A stretch of DNA of 64,000 bases from Selaginella moellendorffii. Taxonomy: Eukaryota > Plantae > Lycopodiophyta. The position numbers and the translations under genes were made by a program. A model generated the notes under the pieces. That model worked only from the letters and a program-made list of their open reading frames with translations. It was not told the DNA's origin and did no database searches. Of the stretch, positions 62,453 to 64,000 are shown piece by piece; position 1 is the stretch's first letter; every line of letters starts with the position of its first letter. The stretch lies in assembly GCF_000143415.4 (NCBI RefSeq), contig NW_003314415.1, positions 1 to 64,000 on the forward strand. The letters run 5' to 3'.

Positions 62453-64000
62453 ATCATTTCCTGGCCGAAAACATAAAATTCTATCTGATGATTCCATGCA
62501 AGACGACGAAGCAAGCGCGAGACCGAGCGTTTCAATCGGATAATTCACGGGAACATGATGTGGGTGTGGCCAGGGATTGTGGCCATATGGCCCAGACACG
62601 GCATATAGCTGGCCGGGAAGGGAATGGAACCGACAACCTCTGGAGCATCGAGATTGCCGTACGACCACCCCGACCACGTGTCAGCCCAGGACCCACCAAA
62701 TCTTGCTCGTATCCTAGAAAATCAGGTCGCCATCTTGGGGGGAAATGCTCTCCTGCCAGAGGCCATGCCCGCCACCTTTTCTTGTTTTTACCTTTGTTTC
62801 TTACCACTCTGCTTTTAGGGTTCTTGGAAAAGGGCCCCCCCTCTCTCTCTCACACACAGACTCCCGCACATTCAAGCAAAATGTGTATTGAAGTGGAGCG
62901 TCTCTTTCAGTTTGATTCTGTAAGATACCACACATTACACGCCGCGTGGAGTTTGGTGGGCATACAACAATCCTCACCTAATAACATACCCAATTTCGCT
63001 GCCACCACCTTTGGCGAACAACTGCGTACATTCTCCTCATGGGCGGGTCAACACCTCATATGTCTAGTGTGCCACAACCTAACTATGCCATGCCCTAAGA
63101 ATCAGGAGCCCTAAATCCAGATCCTGGGAAACGTAACGGCCAATCCGGCCGTTATGCACTTCCGTACACTGGCGCCACCAGGAATTGGGCGACACGTACA
63201 CAAGGCGGCTGGCCGGCGAGTTAAATTTTGGGCAGGCAACGTGTCGGGAGGTCCCCATGTCACCGGACAAATATCTGATACCGCCTCCACCGCCCGACAC
63301 GTGTCTTGGCACTTTTGTTGGCAACCGCCACGTACGTCTGACGGGCATTTCTTTGGGCGCGAACAAGTCTTGTCTTAAACCTAATTTTTCTGCGAGCCCT
63401 GACGAAGCGGATGGATGGGGCGATTTTGATTTCTAGTCCCGGAAAAGTTTCTCTTTGCTACAAGTTCTCCTATAAAGCTTTGTTTCGCCCCTCGTTTCTT
63501 TCAATCTTTTGCCCTTGATAGCTTTCAATCGAATCAATCCACCGCGCACCGCGCAACGCAAATGATGGCGCACAATCCTAGCTTTCTAGCTCACGACTCT
63601 CAACCGGAGCATCCCGGGTGGAATATGCCGCCCCCACATTGTCGGCGTCAAGCTCCACGTCATGTGGACCCTGTGGATAACGCCCGAATAAATATCCTGA
63701 GAAAACTATGGGGAAAGAAAATATATTTTTTTCTCTTTGCGGGTCACACACCGTACGACAAAAGCAGCCTTATCAAGTTTGGGTCACTACTTTAAGTTAG
63801 GTGGTTGTGGTTCACGTTGGAAAAGAGAATGGGCCATGGCCCAATCACCACGGACCCCACAGCCGTACGCGTGGAACGGCTCGCGGAAAGAAGAAAGAAA
63901 GAATATACCTTTTCTTTTACGGCATTATAGTGCGAATCTTGCTTGATCGCGTTCTTTTCTTTGTCGAGATAAGTCGTGTCGCTATGTCAAGGGACAGCTC

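Overview
A gene-dense land-plant nuclear segment with introns of about 50-120 bp. The tiny introns, intronless microbial-type terpene synthases and many PLS/SS-class PPR genes point to a lycophyte, most likely Selaginella (inference). The conserved core includes SCY1, DPM1, a SAM protein, CUL3, ALKBH6, NBR1, a DUF3727-like gene, TPT1, myosin VIII, katanin p80, a NAK kinase and a DUF3754-like gene. Accessory genes include 2 MTPSL terpene synthases around a phytyl-ester-synthase-like acyltransferase, 5 PPR genes, a divergent CUL3 paralog, 2 HMA/Pro-rich proteins and 3 decayed archaeal-type P-loop ATPase copies. The main unexplained structure is inverted symmetry at several scales. A 2.6/3.0 kb inverted repeat (3458-6091 vs 59498-62452) brackets about 53 kb, and a mirror-image HMA-PPR|PPR-HMA block is centred on the palindrome CATCGATG. 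A 10-bp-phased array of W-box cores lies upstream of one HMA gene. Exon boundaries were read by eye and are approximate.
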